58,481 bases of DNA from an uncultured Clostridia bacterium. Its GTDB lineage: Bacteria; Bacillota; Clostridia; Oscillospirales; SIG627. The notes beneath the pieces are model-generated. The model ran no database searches, was not told the DNA's origin, and was given only the letters and a program-made list of their open reading frames with translations. Location of the stretch: the NCBI GenBank assembly GCA_946645685.1, contig CAMPCJ010000003.1:1-58481 (forward strand), read 5' to 3'. This document shows, piece after piece, positions 18,150 to 27,025 of the stretch. Numbering within the stretch: position 1 is the stretch's first letter; each line of letters starts with the position of its first letter. A program made the position numbers and the translations under genes.

Positions 18150-20465
18150 ATGAAAAAAAGATTCCTTCGATTACTGGCGACGGTTCTATCGGCGGTCATG
18201 CTGCTTTGCGGCACGGCATTCCCCGTGTCGGCGGCGGAGCGCACTTCCGATCGGATCGGGGACGTTGACGGCGATGGGTGCATCCTGCCCCGGGACGCCG
18301 CCATCGTTGCGCGCTATCTTGCCGGGTGGGAGGATTACGTGGATGAAAACGGCGGTGTGAGCTATCCGGATTCGGCGACGAACGTATTCTCCGTAGGCTA
18401 CGGGATCGTAGACGTAACGCCCGATCTTGGATATTATAAGCGTATGCCTCTTGCCGGCTACGGCAGTACGGATACCCGCCACGCCACGGGGGTCGCGCAG
18501 GACGACGGCTTGAAGGTCACCTGCGTCGCCGTGCGGGATGAGAACGGGGAAGTTCTGATGATGCTTTCCGTGGATATCATCGGTATGGCGAACAATCTGG
18601 GCACCCAGATCCGTACCGCCGTTTCTCACGCTACCGGCACTCCCGCGGATCATATTTCCGTGACCGCGACGCACACCCACACCGGGCCCGATAACGCCAC
18701 CACTTACGCGTCCCGGGGTTATACGCAGCGTTGGTTTTTGGAGTTGGTGCAAAAAGCCGTCCGCGCTTCCCGCCGCGCCGTGAATGATTTTACGCCCGCC
18801 ACTTTGTGGGCGGGGGATACCTCCGTGACCAATATCAATTTCGTCCGGCGTTTTCTGGTCACCTATTCCAATTCGTCCACCTACAACAAGTATGAGACCC
18901 ATAATCTTATTGGCGACAATCACCGCGTCGGCTACGAGGGACCCAATAATGTGGACGACGGTGTGGTGTATATGGCGCACGAAACTGCCGGGGATAACGA
19001 GGTCCAGTATATCGTCTTCAAGCGAGAGGGTATGAAGGACGTTTTGTTGTATAACTGGCAGTGCCATCCCGATCAGATCGGCAATAACAATTACGATCTG
19101 GCGTCCGACGGAAGCTACATCGGCAAATACAACACTTCCGCTCCCGTAAATCGCGTCATTTCCGCGGACTTTATCAACGGATCCCGCCGGGTGTTGGAAA
19201 GCGCCGGGTATCTGACCGCCTATTATCAAGGCGCCGCCGGCAATATGAATCAGAACGACCGGATCGATAGCGCTCAGAACAAACAGATCGGCTCCACCGC
19301 TTTCAGCGCCTATCGCCTGAACGGGTGGGACGCCAAGTATTACAACAACTGTTACAGCGGGTCGAACACCAACAAGGGGTATTGGAAATCCCAGATGGTG
19401 GGCGCCATCGTGGCGGACGCCATTGTGAAGGATATTGCCAAAACGCCGGCGGATTACGCCGAGCCCGTTCATCACGACTCAAACGACAGCAACGGCGTGC
19501 CCCGGCAGAACTGGACGGACGACTGGCAGGGGCTCAAAGAGCTGCCCACCGGGCCCGTTCGCGCCGTTACCAGCACCTACTACACCACCTATCAAAGCAA
19601 TGACAGAGATTTAAAAGTGGTCATGGCGCAGCTTGCCGGGATTGCTTCCGGCCGTGTTTCCATCGCCTCCTCGTATTCGGTGCAGTATAACAACAAGGGC
19701 ACTACCGTCACCGTGGGAAGTGCGGATCTGAATCCTATCCGCTCTCTGGCGGTGGAGTATGCCGCCAAAACCACGGTCGCCGATCAAAAGGCGTTTGCCT
19801 GGAGTGTGCTGAACACGTATCGCAGCAAGGTGAACGACGCGTTTTCCGACGGAATGGAAGAAAACGGCGGCTCCGGCGGATCCGGTAACGTGTCTTACTG
19901 CGTGGCGCGGCTTCTGTGCCGCCTTGCCACCGGACTATACGTGAACAATTATTACGCCAACGCCCTCAGCTCCCGAAACGCCCACACGGATCTGAATGTT
20001 TTGGATACGGACAGCGGCAAGTATACGGAGCAGGTGGAATTGAACTGCTTCTCCATCGGGCAGTCCGTGGCGTTTTGCTTCGCTCCCTACGAAATGTTTG
20101 ATTCCATCGCCCAGCAGATCAAGGACGGACGCTATATTCAGTATGAGAACGACATCCCCGTCACCACCACCGTTACGTTGAACGGCATAAGCTTTGAAGC
20201 GGCGACTTACTCGTATACCGAAGAAAAATCTCCCTTTGCACTCACCTTTGTGATGGGGTACAGTAATTATTCCTGGGGCTACATCCCCACCCGCTACGCT
20301 CGAAATCATATGGAATCGCAGAATTTCCAGAACGGCTATGAGACTTACGTGACTCGCTTTGCAGTGGGAACGGCGGAAGAACACGGCGCCGAGCTTCTGA
20401 CGATGCTGGATATTCTCTATACCGGTAAAGATACCACGCCCCGGGTGACCGGGCATATCAACTGA
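18150..20465 (+). CDS. Secreted neutral/alkaline ceramidase-family metalloamidase with a single N-terminal dockerin-like repeat (copy 2)
   Basis: MKKRF… signal peptide (PVSA); GDVDGDGCILPRDAAIVARYLAGW; THTHTGP, NWQCHPD, GAAGNMN, PYEMFD, GYET; colinear paralog of 13615..16215. Confidence 0.8.
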   Translation: MKKRFLRLLATVLSAVMLLCGTAFPVSAAERTSDRIGDVDGDGCILPRDAAIVARYLAGWEDYVDENGGVSYPDSATNVFSVGYGIVDVTPDLGYYKRMPLAGYGSTDTRHATGVAQDDGLKVTCVAVRDENGEVLMMLSVDIIGMANNLGTQIRTAVSHATGTPADHISVTATHTHTGPDNATTYASRGYTQRWFLELVQKAVRASRRAVNDFTPATLWAGDTSVTNINFVRRFLVTYSNSSTYNKYETHNLIGDNHRVGYEGPNNVDDGVVYMAHETAGDNEVQYIVFKREGMKDVLLYNWQCHPDQIGNNNYDLASDGSYIGKYNTSAPVNRVISADFINGSRRVLESAGYLTAYYQGAAGNMNQNDRIDSAQNKQIGSTAFSAYRLNGWDAKYYNNCYSGSNTNKGYWKSQMVGAIVADAIVKDIAKTPADYAEPVHHDSNDSNGVPRQNWTDDWQGLKELPTGPVRAVTSTYYTTYQSNDRDLKVVMAQLAGIASGRVSIASSYSVQYNNKGTTVTVGSADLNPIRSLAVEYAAKTTVADQKAFAWSVLNTYRSKVNDAFSDGMEENGGSGGSGNVSYCVARLLCRLATGLYVNNYYANALSSRNAHTDLNVLDTDSGKYTEQVELNCFSIGQSVAFCFAPYEMFDSIAQQIKDGRYIQYENDIPVTTTVTLNGISFEAATYSYTEEKSPFALTFVMGYSNYSWGYIPTRYARNHMESQNFQNGYETYVTRFAVGTAEEHGAELLTMLDILYTGKDTTPRVTGHIN

Positions 20466-20474
20466 GGGGGTGGC

Positions 20475-22184
20475 ATGATGAAACGCAGATTATTCGCTCT
20501 GATCCTCGGTTTGCTGACGATCCTGCCCCTTTTCGCCCTGCCCGTATCCGCCCTGACGCCCACACAGGCGTCCGACGTGGACGGCGACGGTGCCGTCACC
20601 GCCCGGGACGCGGCGATCCTTGCCCGCTACGTGGACGGTTGGGACGGCTATGTGGATGAGAACGGGGAGTTGACCTATCCCTGGAAGATCACGTCGTCCC
20701 GTTTTGTCAAATCCTTTGACCCGTCTGATCCTGTTTATTTTGAAGACGGGTACACCTTCCGCGTTCTGACGTACGGCGGCGGTGACGACGGGATCCGTAC
20801 TCTCAACGGACAGACCGTACCAAAATTCAGGTCCACGCATTTCGCAGTGAAGGACGTTACGCCCTGGACGGCAGGTTCCTGGAGCGACAACAACGGCTAC
20901 GCGCAGTACTACACCCTGGTCAGCCAGGTCGTCGCGGAACGGAATCAGTACCTGAAGGATACCTATAACGTCACCGTGGAAGAAGAGCGGGTAGCGAGTC
21001 CCTTTGAAGCCCTCAAGATGGATACGCTGTGCGGGCTGCGCGCTTACGACGCCGTGATGCTGCCCTTAGGCAGCTTCAATTCCCAGTCCACTGTCGGGTA
21101 TTTGAAGAACGTGTTGACCATTCCCACCGTGGAGCTGTCCCGGGAATGGTATGATAAAGAGATTTTGGATGATATCACCTTTAACGATACGCTTTATTAT
21201 CTCACCGGCGCTTCGGACTCCGCCTTGCGGCAAAGCGTTTTTCTCCCGGCTATCGGTATAAGCAACATTCAGCAGACATATCATTTCACCTCTCCCAAAG
21301 ACGCTGCCGATTATCTGTACGATCTGGTGCTGAGCGGTCAGTGGACGATCGAAAAAGAGATCGAACTGCTTACCGATTGCTATAACGCCTATACCGGTAC
21401 GGGCACCCACTATATGATCAGCGCAGAGAAACGGGTCAATCACGATCATATGATGTCCGCCTGTTTCGATCCTTTGACGTACACCGGCGGGATCTATCAG
21501 CTGCGCGACTCCTTCGAGGATTGCGCAGGCTTTGACGCCTGGGAAAAACTAAAGCCGCTTCTGGCAGGCAGCGCCCGGGATACGGCGGGGGATAAGACCG
21601 CCATTTACAACGGGACGACTTCCCAATCCGTGATGCGCTACATCGGGAATACCGTGTACGCCTACAATACGCAGTTTAGAAGCGCGAAATACTATCTCGC
21701 CATTTTGCCGATGGCGAAAAAGGACGGGAATCAGAAACAGTACCGCGTCGCTCCCGCCATGGGCTTTTGCTATTTGTATGCCATTCCCAAGGTCAACCGG
21801 GGCGATCCCAACGCCGCCCGGTACGGCTTTGAAAACGGAACGGATCTGGCGGGCTACCTGATGAGCGCCTTTATGGAAGCGTCCCTCGCCAAACACAATT
21901 CCAAGGGATATGACGTAAAGAACGCCCACGTCCATCAGCTTGCCGTTCTGAAAGGACTGCACAACGCGGATTTCGCCGGAAAGCCTTTGCGGGTTTTGCA
22001 AATGACCTTCGATTCCGTTTGCCTGGATCGAGGCATGACGCTCTGCACATCTCTTTACGACGCCTTTAAAGACTGCGGCAACGATACGGCAAAATGGGAA
22101 GCGTTTTCCGCAACCTATCAGAACACGCTCAGCTCAAACAATTTCAATATCGCCAAAACCCAGGAATATCTGGCGTTGGAGTAG
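20475..22184 (+). CDS. Secreted solute-binding-protein-like protein with a single N-terminal dockerin-like repeat (copy 2)
   Basis: Signal peptide (PVSA), no lipobox; ASDVDGDGAVTARDAAILARY; colinear paralog of 16229..18001 (LYYLTGASDSxLRQ, SAFMEASLAKHN shared). Confidence 0.7.
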   Translation: MMKRRLFALILGLLTILPLFALPVSALTPTQASDVDGDGAVTARDAAILARYVDGWDGYVDENGELTYPWKITSSRFVKSFDPSDPVYFEDGYTFRVLTYGGGDDGIRTLNGQTVPKFRSTHFAVKDVTPWTAGSWSDNNGYAQYYTLVSQVVAERNQYLKDTYNVTVEEERVASPFEALKMDTLCGLRAYDAVMLPLGSFNSQSTVGYLKNVLTIPTVELSREWYDKEILDDITFNDTLYYLTGASDSALRQSVFLPAIGISNIQQTYHFTSPKDAADYLYDLVLSGQWTIEKEIELLTDCYNAYTGTGTHYMISAEKRVNHDHMMSACFDPLTYTGGIYQLRDSFEDCAGFDAWEKLKPLLAGSARDTAGDKTAIYNGTTSQSVMRYIGNTVYAYNTQFRSAKYYLAILPMAKKDGNQKQYRVAPAMGFCYLYAIPKVNRGDPNAARYGFENGTDLAGYLMSAFMEASLAKHNSKGYDVKNAHVHQLAVLKGLHNADFAGKPLRVLQMTFDSVCLDRGMTLCTSLYDAFKDCGNDTAKWEAFSATYQNTLSSNNFNIAKTQEYLALE

Positions 22185-22200
22185 AGAAGAGAAGAACCGG

Positions 22201-22237
22201 AAACCGACCGGGATGGTGCATATTCCGGTCGGTTTTT
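22201..22237 (+). terminator. Intrinsic terminator after cassette copy 2
   Basis: AAACCGACCGGGAT…ATTCCGGTCGGTTTTT. Confidence 0.8.
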
Positions 22238-22325
22238 AATAAATTGTAAATATTTGCCTAAATGCCTACCAAACCGGTGGGCAAAGTGCTATACTACGGA
22301 AAACTTCAATAAGGAGGCGTTTTTT

Positions 22326-23159
22326 ATGGAATACAAACGCGTTTTAACCGTGCAGGATATCTCTTGCTTCGGGCAGTGCTCTCTGACTGTGGCGCTTCCC
22401 ATTCTGTCCGCCGCCGGACACGAGACCGTCATCCTTCCGTCCGCCGTCCTTTCGACCCATACCGCCGGTTTTACCGGTTTTACCGTGCGGGATCTGACGG
22501 AGGATATGCCCGCCATTACCGCCCATTGGAAAAAAGAAAAGATCGCCTTTGACGCGATCTATACCGGGTACCTGGGCTCCGCGGAGCAGATCGCCTACGT
22601 TCTGGATATGATCCGAACGTTGGGACGGACGGGGTTTGTTTCCGTGGTGGATCCCGCCATGGCGGACAACGGCAAGCTCTATCCCGCTTTTGACGAGGCG
22701 TTTGTTGAGGAAATGAAGAAGCTGGTTTTTGCCGCGGATATCTCCGTGCCCAATATCACCGAGGCTTGCTTCCTCACCGGCATCCCGTACCGGGAAAGCT
22801 ACGACCGGGCGTATATCGACTCTCTTTTGACCGCCATGAAGCAAAACGGCGCTAAGACCGTTGTTCTCACCGGCGTAACGTTTTCGGATAAGACCACCGG
22901 GGTTATGGTGATGGACGAAAACGGCGTCCGGTATTACGAGCATATCAAGCTGCCTCGGGGCAGTCACGGCACCGGCGACGTGTACGCTTCCGCTTTTGTG
23001 GGTGCTTTGCTTGCCGGAAAGAGTTGCTTTGACGCCGCAGCCGTTGCGGCGGATTATACCGTCAAATGCATCGAAAACACCGTGGATGATCCCGATCACT
23101 GGTACGGCGTAAAGTTTGAGCCGGTCTTGCCCTATTACATTTCCCGTCTGGATCATTGA
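22326..23159 (+). CDS. pdxK: Pyridoxal/pyridoxamine kinase
   Basis: QDISCFGQCS, LSTHT, YTGYLGS, DPAMADNG, PNITEA, GTGD. Confidence 0.9.
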   Translation: MEYKRVLTVQDISCFGQCSLTVALPILSAAGHETVILPSAVLSTHTAGFTGFTVRDLTEDMPAITAHWKKEKIAFDAIYTGYLGSAEQIAYVLDMIRTLGRTGFVSVVDPAMADNGKLYPAFDEAFVEEMKKLVFAADISVPNITEACFLTGIPYRESYDRAYIDSLLTAMKQNGAKTVVLTGVTFSDKTTGVMVMDENGVRYYEHIKLPRGSHGTGDVYASAFVGALLAGKSCFDAAAVAADYTVKCIENTVDDPDHWYGVKFEPVLPYYISRLDH

Positions 23160-23167
23160 TCCCGCCG

Positions 23168-23206
23168 AAAAAAAGAGCGCTCTGCCACCCGGAGCGCTCT
23201 TTTTTT
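23168..23206 (+). terminator. Intrinsic terminator
   Basis: AAAAAAGAGCGCTC…GAGCGCTCTTTTTTT. Confidence 0.85.
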
Positions 23207-23236
23207 GCACCCATCCTTTTTGAGTTTCATACTATA
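23207..23236 (+). promoter_or_regulatory. Late sporulation (sigmaK/sigmaG-type) promoter of the sleC-like gene
   Basis: GCAC-17 bp-CATACTATA. Confidence 0.45.
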
Positions 23237-23279
23237 CAGTAATGCAAGGCTATTTTTTTCAGGAAAGGATGATGTCAGT

Positions 23280-25655
23280 TTGGCAAGCGGTACTTTTATG
23301 ATCACCGTCCGTGCTGCCGAAGAAGCGCTCTGCGTGGGCGGAACGCTTTTGGTGGTAACGAATGAGTTCGGACGGGAGATCCTGAGGGAGACCCTCAGCA
23401 ACACTTCTTCCGGTATCAGTAAAACGGTGGAGATCGAAGCTCCGGAGGAAGAAGCGTCTCTCAGCCCATCGGACGAGGTGCCCTATTCCACCTGTGACGT
23501 GGTGGCAAGCCGGGAGGGGTATTATACCATTCACGTCCACGATGCGCAGATCTTTGCGGGAGAGGAAGCGCATTTGCCCATTGAGATGCTTCCGCTTCCC
23601 GACGGACAGGTGGGCGGCGAGCTTCACTACACCGTGCCCCCCAATACCATTTCCGACAGCGACGGCGACGGTGAAGCGGATACGCCGCCTGAAGTCCCGG
23701 ACGGACGGGTGGATCCCAAAGTGCTTTCCCGGGTGTATATTCCCACAAACATCACTGTGCATTTGGGCAGGCCGGATGCCGCCGCCCGGAACGTGACCGT
23801 CCCTTTTATCGACTATATCAAAAACGTGGCATCCAGCGAGATCTATCCCACCTGGCCCAAAGAGTCTCTTCGAGCCAACATCTTAGCGCAGATCTCCCTT
23901 GCGTTGAACCGCATCTTTACCGAGTGGTATCCGTCCCGGGGCTACAATTTCGATATAACCAATTCCACCGCTTTTGACCAGTATTTCGTTTACGGGCGAA
24001 ACATTTTCCAAAGTATCTCCGACGTGGTGGACGAGATCTTCAATCAGTATATCCGCCGCCCGGGAAGGCTTGAGCCTCTGTTTGCCCAATATTGCAACGG
24101 GACCACCGTCACCTGCGACGGCATGAGTCAATGGGGCACGGTGTCCTTGGCGCAGAATGGCTTATCCGCCCGGGAGATTTTGGAGTTCTATTACGGAAAT
24201 ATTGAGATCGTCACGGAAAACGTGCGGCAGAGCGTCCAGCCTTCTTATCCCGGCTCGCCTCTGACCATCGGTTCCTCCGGGGCGGCCGTACAAACGATCC
24301 AGCGGCAGTTGAACCGTATTGCCCGCAACTATCCCGCCATTCCCACGGTGACGGTGGACGGTGTCTACGGAAACGCCAGCCGCGCGCAGGTACAGGCGTT
24401 TCAGCGGATCTTCAATCTGACGGCAGACGGCGTGGTGGGGAAGAGCACCTGGTATCGCGTCTCTTCCATTTATACTGCCGTGACCAAGCTTGGCGAATTG
24501 AATTCGGAAGGAGAAAGACCCGTGTACAATGAATTTGATTATCCCGGCACGCCGCTGCGCCGGGGAGACGTAGGCTCGGACGTGCAGGCGATGCAGTTTT
24601 ATCTGCAAAAGATCGCGGCATACAATAATTTCATTCCCCCCATTACAGCGGACGGAAGATTCGGGGAGCAGACGGAGAACGCCGTTACCGCGTTTCAGTC
24701 CTTTTACGGATTAAATGTGGACGGTATCGTGGGAAGGACCACCTGGAACAAGATCGTGGACGCCTACCGCGGTTTGGATCAGGATGGCGGCGGTGGCGGC
24801 GGACAGATCCGCCCCTATCCCGGAAACTTGCTTCGTCAGGGAAGCCGCGGCGACGACGTTTTGTATGTGCAGGAGCTTTTATGGAATATCGCCACTGTCT
24901 TTGAGGAGATCCCTTCTGTCGCCCGGGACGGGATCTTCGGAGCCGGTACAGACCGAGCCGTCCGGATCTTCCAGCAGATCTTCGGACTGTCGGCGGACGG
25001 GATCGTGGGGCGGCTCACCTGGGACGCTCTGGGGCAGATCTATACGTCTGTGAGGAACGATTGCATCCTGTCTTCCTCGGACAGTCAGACCCGACCGTAT
25101 CCCGGCGCGCCGGTTCGGTACGGAGCACGGGGCTCGAGCGTGAGCTATATCCAAACCTCGCTGAATACGATCCATTCCGCCATTCCCCGCATCGGTGTGA
25201 TCAGTGCGGACGGCGTGTTCGGGGGCGCGACCCAGACCCAGATCCTGCGGTTGCAGGGCATCTTCGGACTGAGCCAGGACGGCGTGGTGGGCAGTCAGAC
25301 CTGGAGCGTTTTGTCCTCCGTCGCCGCCGCCGTCCGGAACGGTTGCCTTACTTCGGTTTCCCGATCCGCCGTTCAACCCGTCAAGTCCTCGGAAGCGCAG
25401 CCGGTGATGAAAGAGATCTCTCAAAGTCCCTCGTCCTTCCCCGGCAGGGCTCTTTCCCTGGGGAGCTACGGCAAGGACGTTTCCCGCATCAAGGAAGCGC
25501 TGTTTGAAAAAGGGGAATGCGGCTGCCGCGCCATGGGAGAAAAGGCGCTCTATGGAAACGCGACCCGTCATACCGTCGCAGAGTTTCAACGGAAAACGGG
25601 ATTGAACGTGACCGGCGTCGTGGACGAAGAGACCTGGAACGTCATCTTCTCTTGA
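23280..25655 (+). CDS. sleC: SleC-like spore cortex-lytic enzyme with five PG_binding_1 repeats
   Basis: ITVHLGRP…VPFIDYIKNVASSEIYPTWP…LNRIFTEWY…STAFDQ catalytic region; five '(Y/F)PG..L..G..G..V' repeats; TTG start inferred from the GAAAGGA RBS. Confidence 0.8.
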   Translation: MASGTFMITVRAAEEALCVGGTLLVVTNEFGREILRETLSNTSSGISKTVEIEAPEEEASLSPSDEVPYSTCDVVASREGYYTIHVHDAQIFAGEEAHLPIEMLPLPDGQVGGELHYTVPPNTISDSDGDGEADTPPEVPDGRVDPKVLSRVYIPTNITVHLGRPDAAARNVTVPFIDYIKNVASSEIYPTWPKESLRANILAQISLALNRIFTEWYPSRGYNFDITNSTAFDQYFVYGRNIFQSISDVVDEIFNQYIRRPGRLEPLFAQYCNGTTVTCDGMSQWGTVSLAQNGLSAREILEFYYGNIEIVTENVRQSVQPSYPGSPLTIGSSGAAVQTIQRQLNRIARNYPAIPTVTVDGVYGNASRAQVQAFQRIFNLTADGVVGKSTWYRVSSIYTAVTKLGELNSEGERPVYNEFDYPGTPLRRGDVGSDVQAMQFYLQKIAAYNNFIPPITADGRFGEQTENAVTAFQSFYGLNVDGIVGRTTWNKIVDAYRGLDQDGGGGGGQIRPYPGNLLRQGSRGDDVLYVQELLWNIATVFEEIPSVARDGIFGAGTDRAVRIFQQIFGLSADGIVGRLTWDALGQIYTSVRNDCILSSSDSQTRPYPGAPVRYGARGSSVSYIQTSLNTIHSAIPRIGVISADGVFGGATQTQILRLQGIFGLSQDGVVGSQTWSVLSSVAAAVRNGCLTSVSRSAVQPVKSSEAQPVMKEISQSPSSFPGRALSLGSYGKDVSRIKEALFEKGECGCRAMGEKALYGNATRHTVAEFQRKTGLNVTGVVDEETWNVIFS

Positions 25656-25659
25656 ATCA

Positions 25660-25695
25660 GCAAAACGGACGGACACTTTGTGTCCGTCCGTTTTG
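25660..25695. terminator. Bidirectional terminator hairpin
   Basis: CAAAACGGACGGACAC-ttt-GTGTCCGTCCGTTTTG. Confidence 0.85.
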
Positions 25696-25696
25696 A

Positions 25697-26281
25697 TCAT
25701 CCTGCCTCGTGCGCTTCCCGGGTCAGGACGTATCGCGCCACTCGCTGGCGAACGCCGCGCTTGATCACGATCTCTTTTTCAAACCCGGTGAAACGAAAGC
25801 CCATCCGTCCCGCGACCTTGCGGCTGGGCACGTTGTCTTCCATAATACGGCAGACAATGGACTTGAGCAAAAGATTTTGAAAGCCAAAGGCAATGACCCG
25901 TTCCGCGGCTTCCGGCGCGATCCTCTGCCGGTGAAAGGCGGGGGACAAGACGTACCCCAACTCCCCCACGTATTGGAGAGCGGACAGGCGGGTAAACCCC
26001 ACGGTCCCGATCATGTGCCCACTTTCCTTGTCCACGATCGCCCAATCAAAAAAACTGTGGGCTTTGTATTGGCGAAGGAGTTGGCGGATATGGGAAACGG
26101 TCGTGTCCCGGCTTGTGTGCGGCTCCCAAAGCAAATACCGGCTTGTTTCCGGATCCCGGGAATAGGCGTACATATCGTCCGCGTCCTCCTGGGTAATGGG
26201 ACGCAAGATCAGACGGGGCGTTTCCAGGACCGGCAAAGGATCCAGAAGCGCTCTCATCCGCCGCGGCAAAAAATGCGTCAT
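25697..26281 (-). CDS. GNAT N-acetyltransferase (RimJ/RimL family)
   Basis: LETPRLILRP, ELGYVL, NVPSRKV. Confidence 0.9.
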   Translation of the reverse strand: MTHFLPRRMRALLDPLPVLETPRLILRPITQEDADDMYAYSRDPETSRYLLWEPHTSRDTTVSHIRQLLRQYKAHSFFDWAIVDKESGHMIGTVGFTRLSALQYVGELGYVLSPAFHRQRIAPEAAERVIAFGFQNLLLKSIVCRIMEDNVPSRKVAGRMGFRFTGFEKEIVIKRGVRQRVARYVLTREAHEAG

Positions 26282-26877
26282 TTCACCAAGCGGAAAACGC
26301 CAAACTGTTCAGGTCTGTGAAAATCGGGTTTCGCGGCTTGCACCGGACTCCAGGTCAGATAATGAGGAGAGGCGGTCTCGTCTCCGCATTTATACACGTT
26401 GGCTCGCAGATCATAGCCTTCGTCGAAGTCGATCTCCCTGCCGTAAACAGCCCATACCGTTTCCAGAGGAACGTATAGGATCACGTCCCAAAAACCGTCG
26501 CCCTTGGCGGCGCGTACCAGAGGAAGGGGGGAGACTGTCAGCGGGTTGCGTCCCTCCCGCCCGGTGCCGGTGCAGATGAGATACGCCCCGTTGGCGTTCA
26601 TCTCAAAATTGACGTAAACGTCGCTGTTTTCGGGATCAAAGTTGCAGAAAAGCTCCAGGCAGCTGTCCTTGTAAACCGGATCGCCGGGCTTGGTAAAGCG
26701 GGCGAGGGGATCTGTTTCATAGCAGATCAGATCAAAGAAGAAACCTCTGTTTCGTACCAGGCATCCCTGAAACAAGGTGCGCGGCTCCGCCTTTTCGCCC
26801 CAGGGCGCAAAGGAAAGGGGAGAAAGCTCGTCCGCGGGAAGCTGGAACGCGTCCCGGATCTTCATTTCATATACCAT
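26278..26877 (-). CDS. Carbohydrate-binding family 9-like (DOMON-like) protein
   Basis: PVYKDSCLELF, YVNFEMNANG, ANVYKCGD, PDFHRPEQFG; GGAGG RBS. Confidence 0.85.
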   Translation of the reverse strand: MVYEMKIRDAFQLPADELSPLSFAPWGEKAEPRTLFQGCLVRNRGFFFDLICYETDPLARFTKPGDPVYKDSCLELFCNFDPENSDVYVNFEMNANGAYLICTGTGREGRNPLTVSPLPLVRAAKGDGFWDVILYVPLETVWAVYGREIDFDEGYDLRANVYKCGDETASPHYLTWSPVQAAKPDFHRPEQFGVFRLVK

Positions 26878-27025
26878 ATAAAGCCTCCTGAAGATGCTTT
26901 TTTGTTCATTATAGTCCCCCAAAGCCCGCTTGGCAAGAAAATTCTCTTAATTCTTATGAAAACTATGGATTTCTCCTTCTTCTTGTGGTAAAATAAACCA
27001 GATTGTAAAAGGAGAAGTGTGATCT

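Larger units (their letters stand above)
13615..22184 (+). repeat. Tandem duplication of a ~4.2-4.4 kb two-gene cassette (13615-18001 / 18150-22184)
   Basis: Colinear protein motifs and blocks of near-identical DNA (e.g. TATAACTGGCAGTGCCA, GGAAATCCCA(A/G)ATGGT, GCCTTTATGGAAGCGTC) with diverged third positions. Confidence 0.9.

Noticed and set aside
13615-22184. Cassettes as a mobile element or toxin-immunity pairs
   Set aside because: No integrase, transposase or terminal repeats, and composition is similar to the flanks. Both partners are large secreted proteins with metabolic-type folds.
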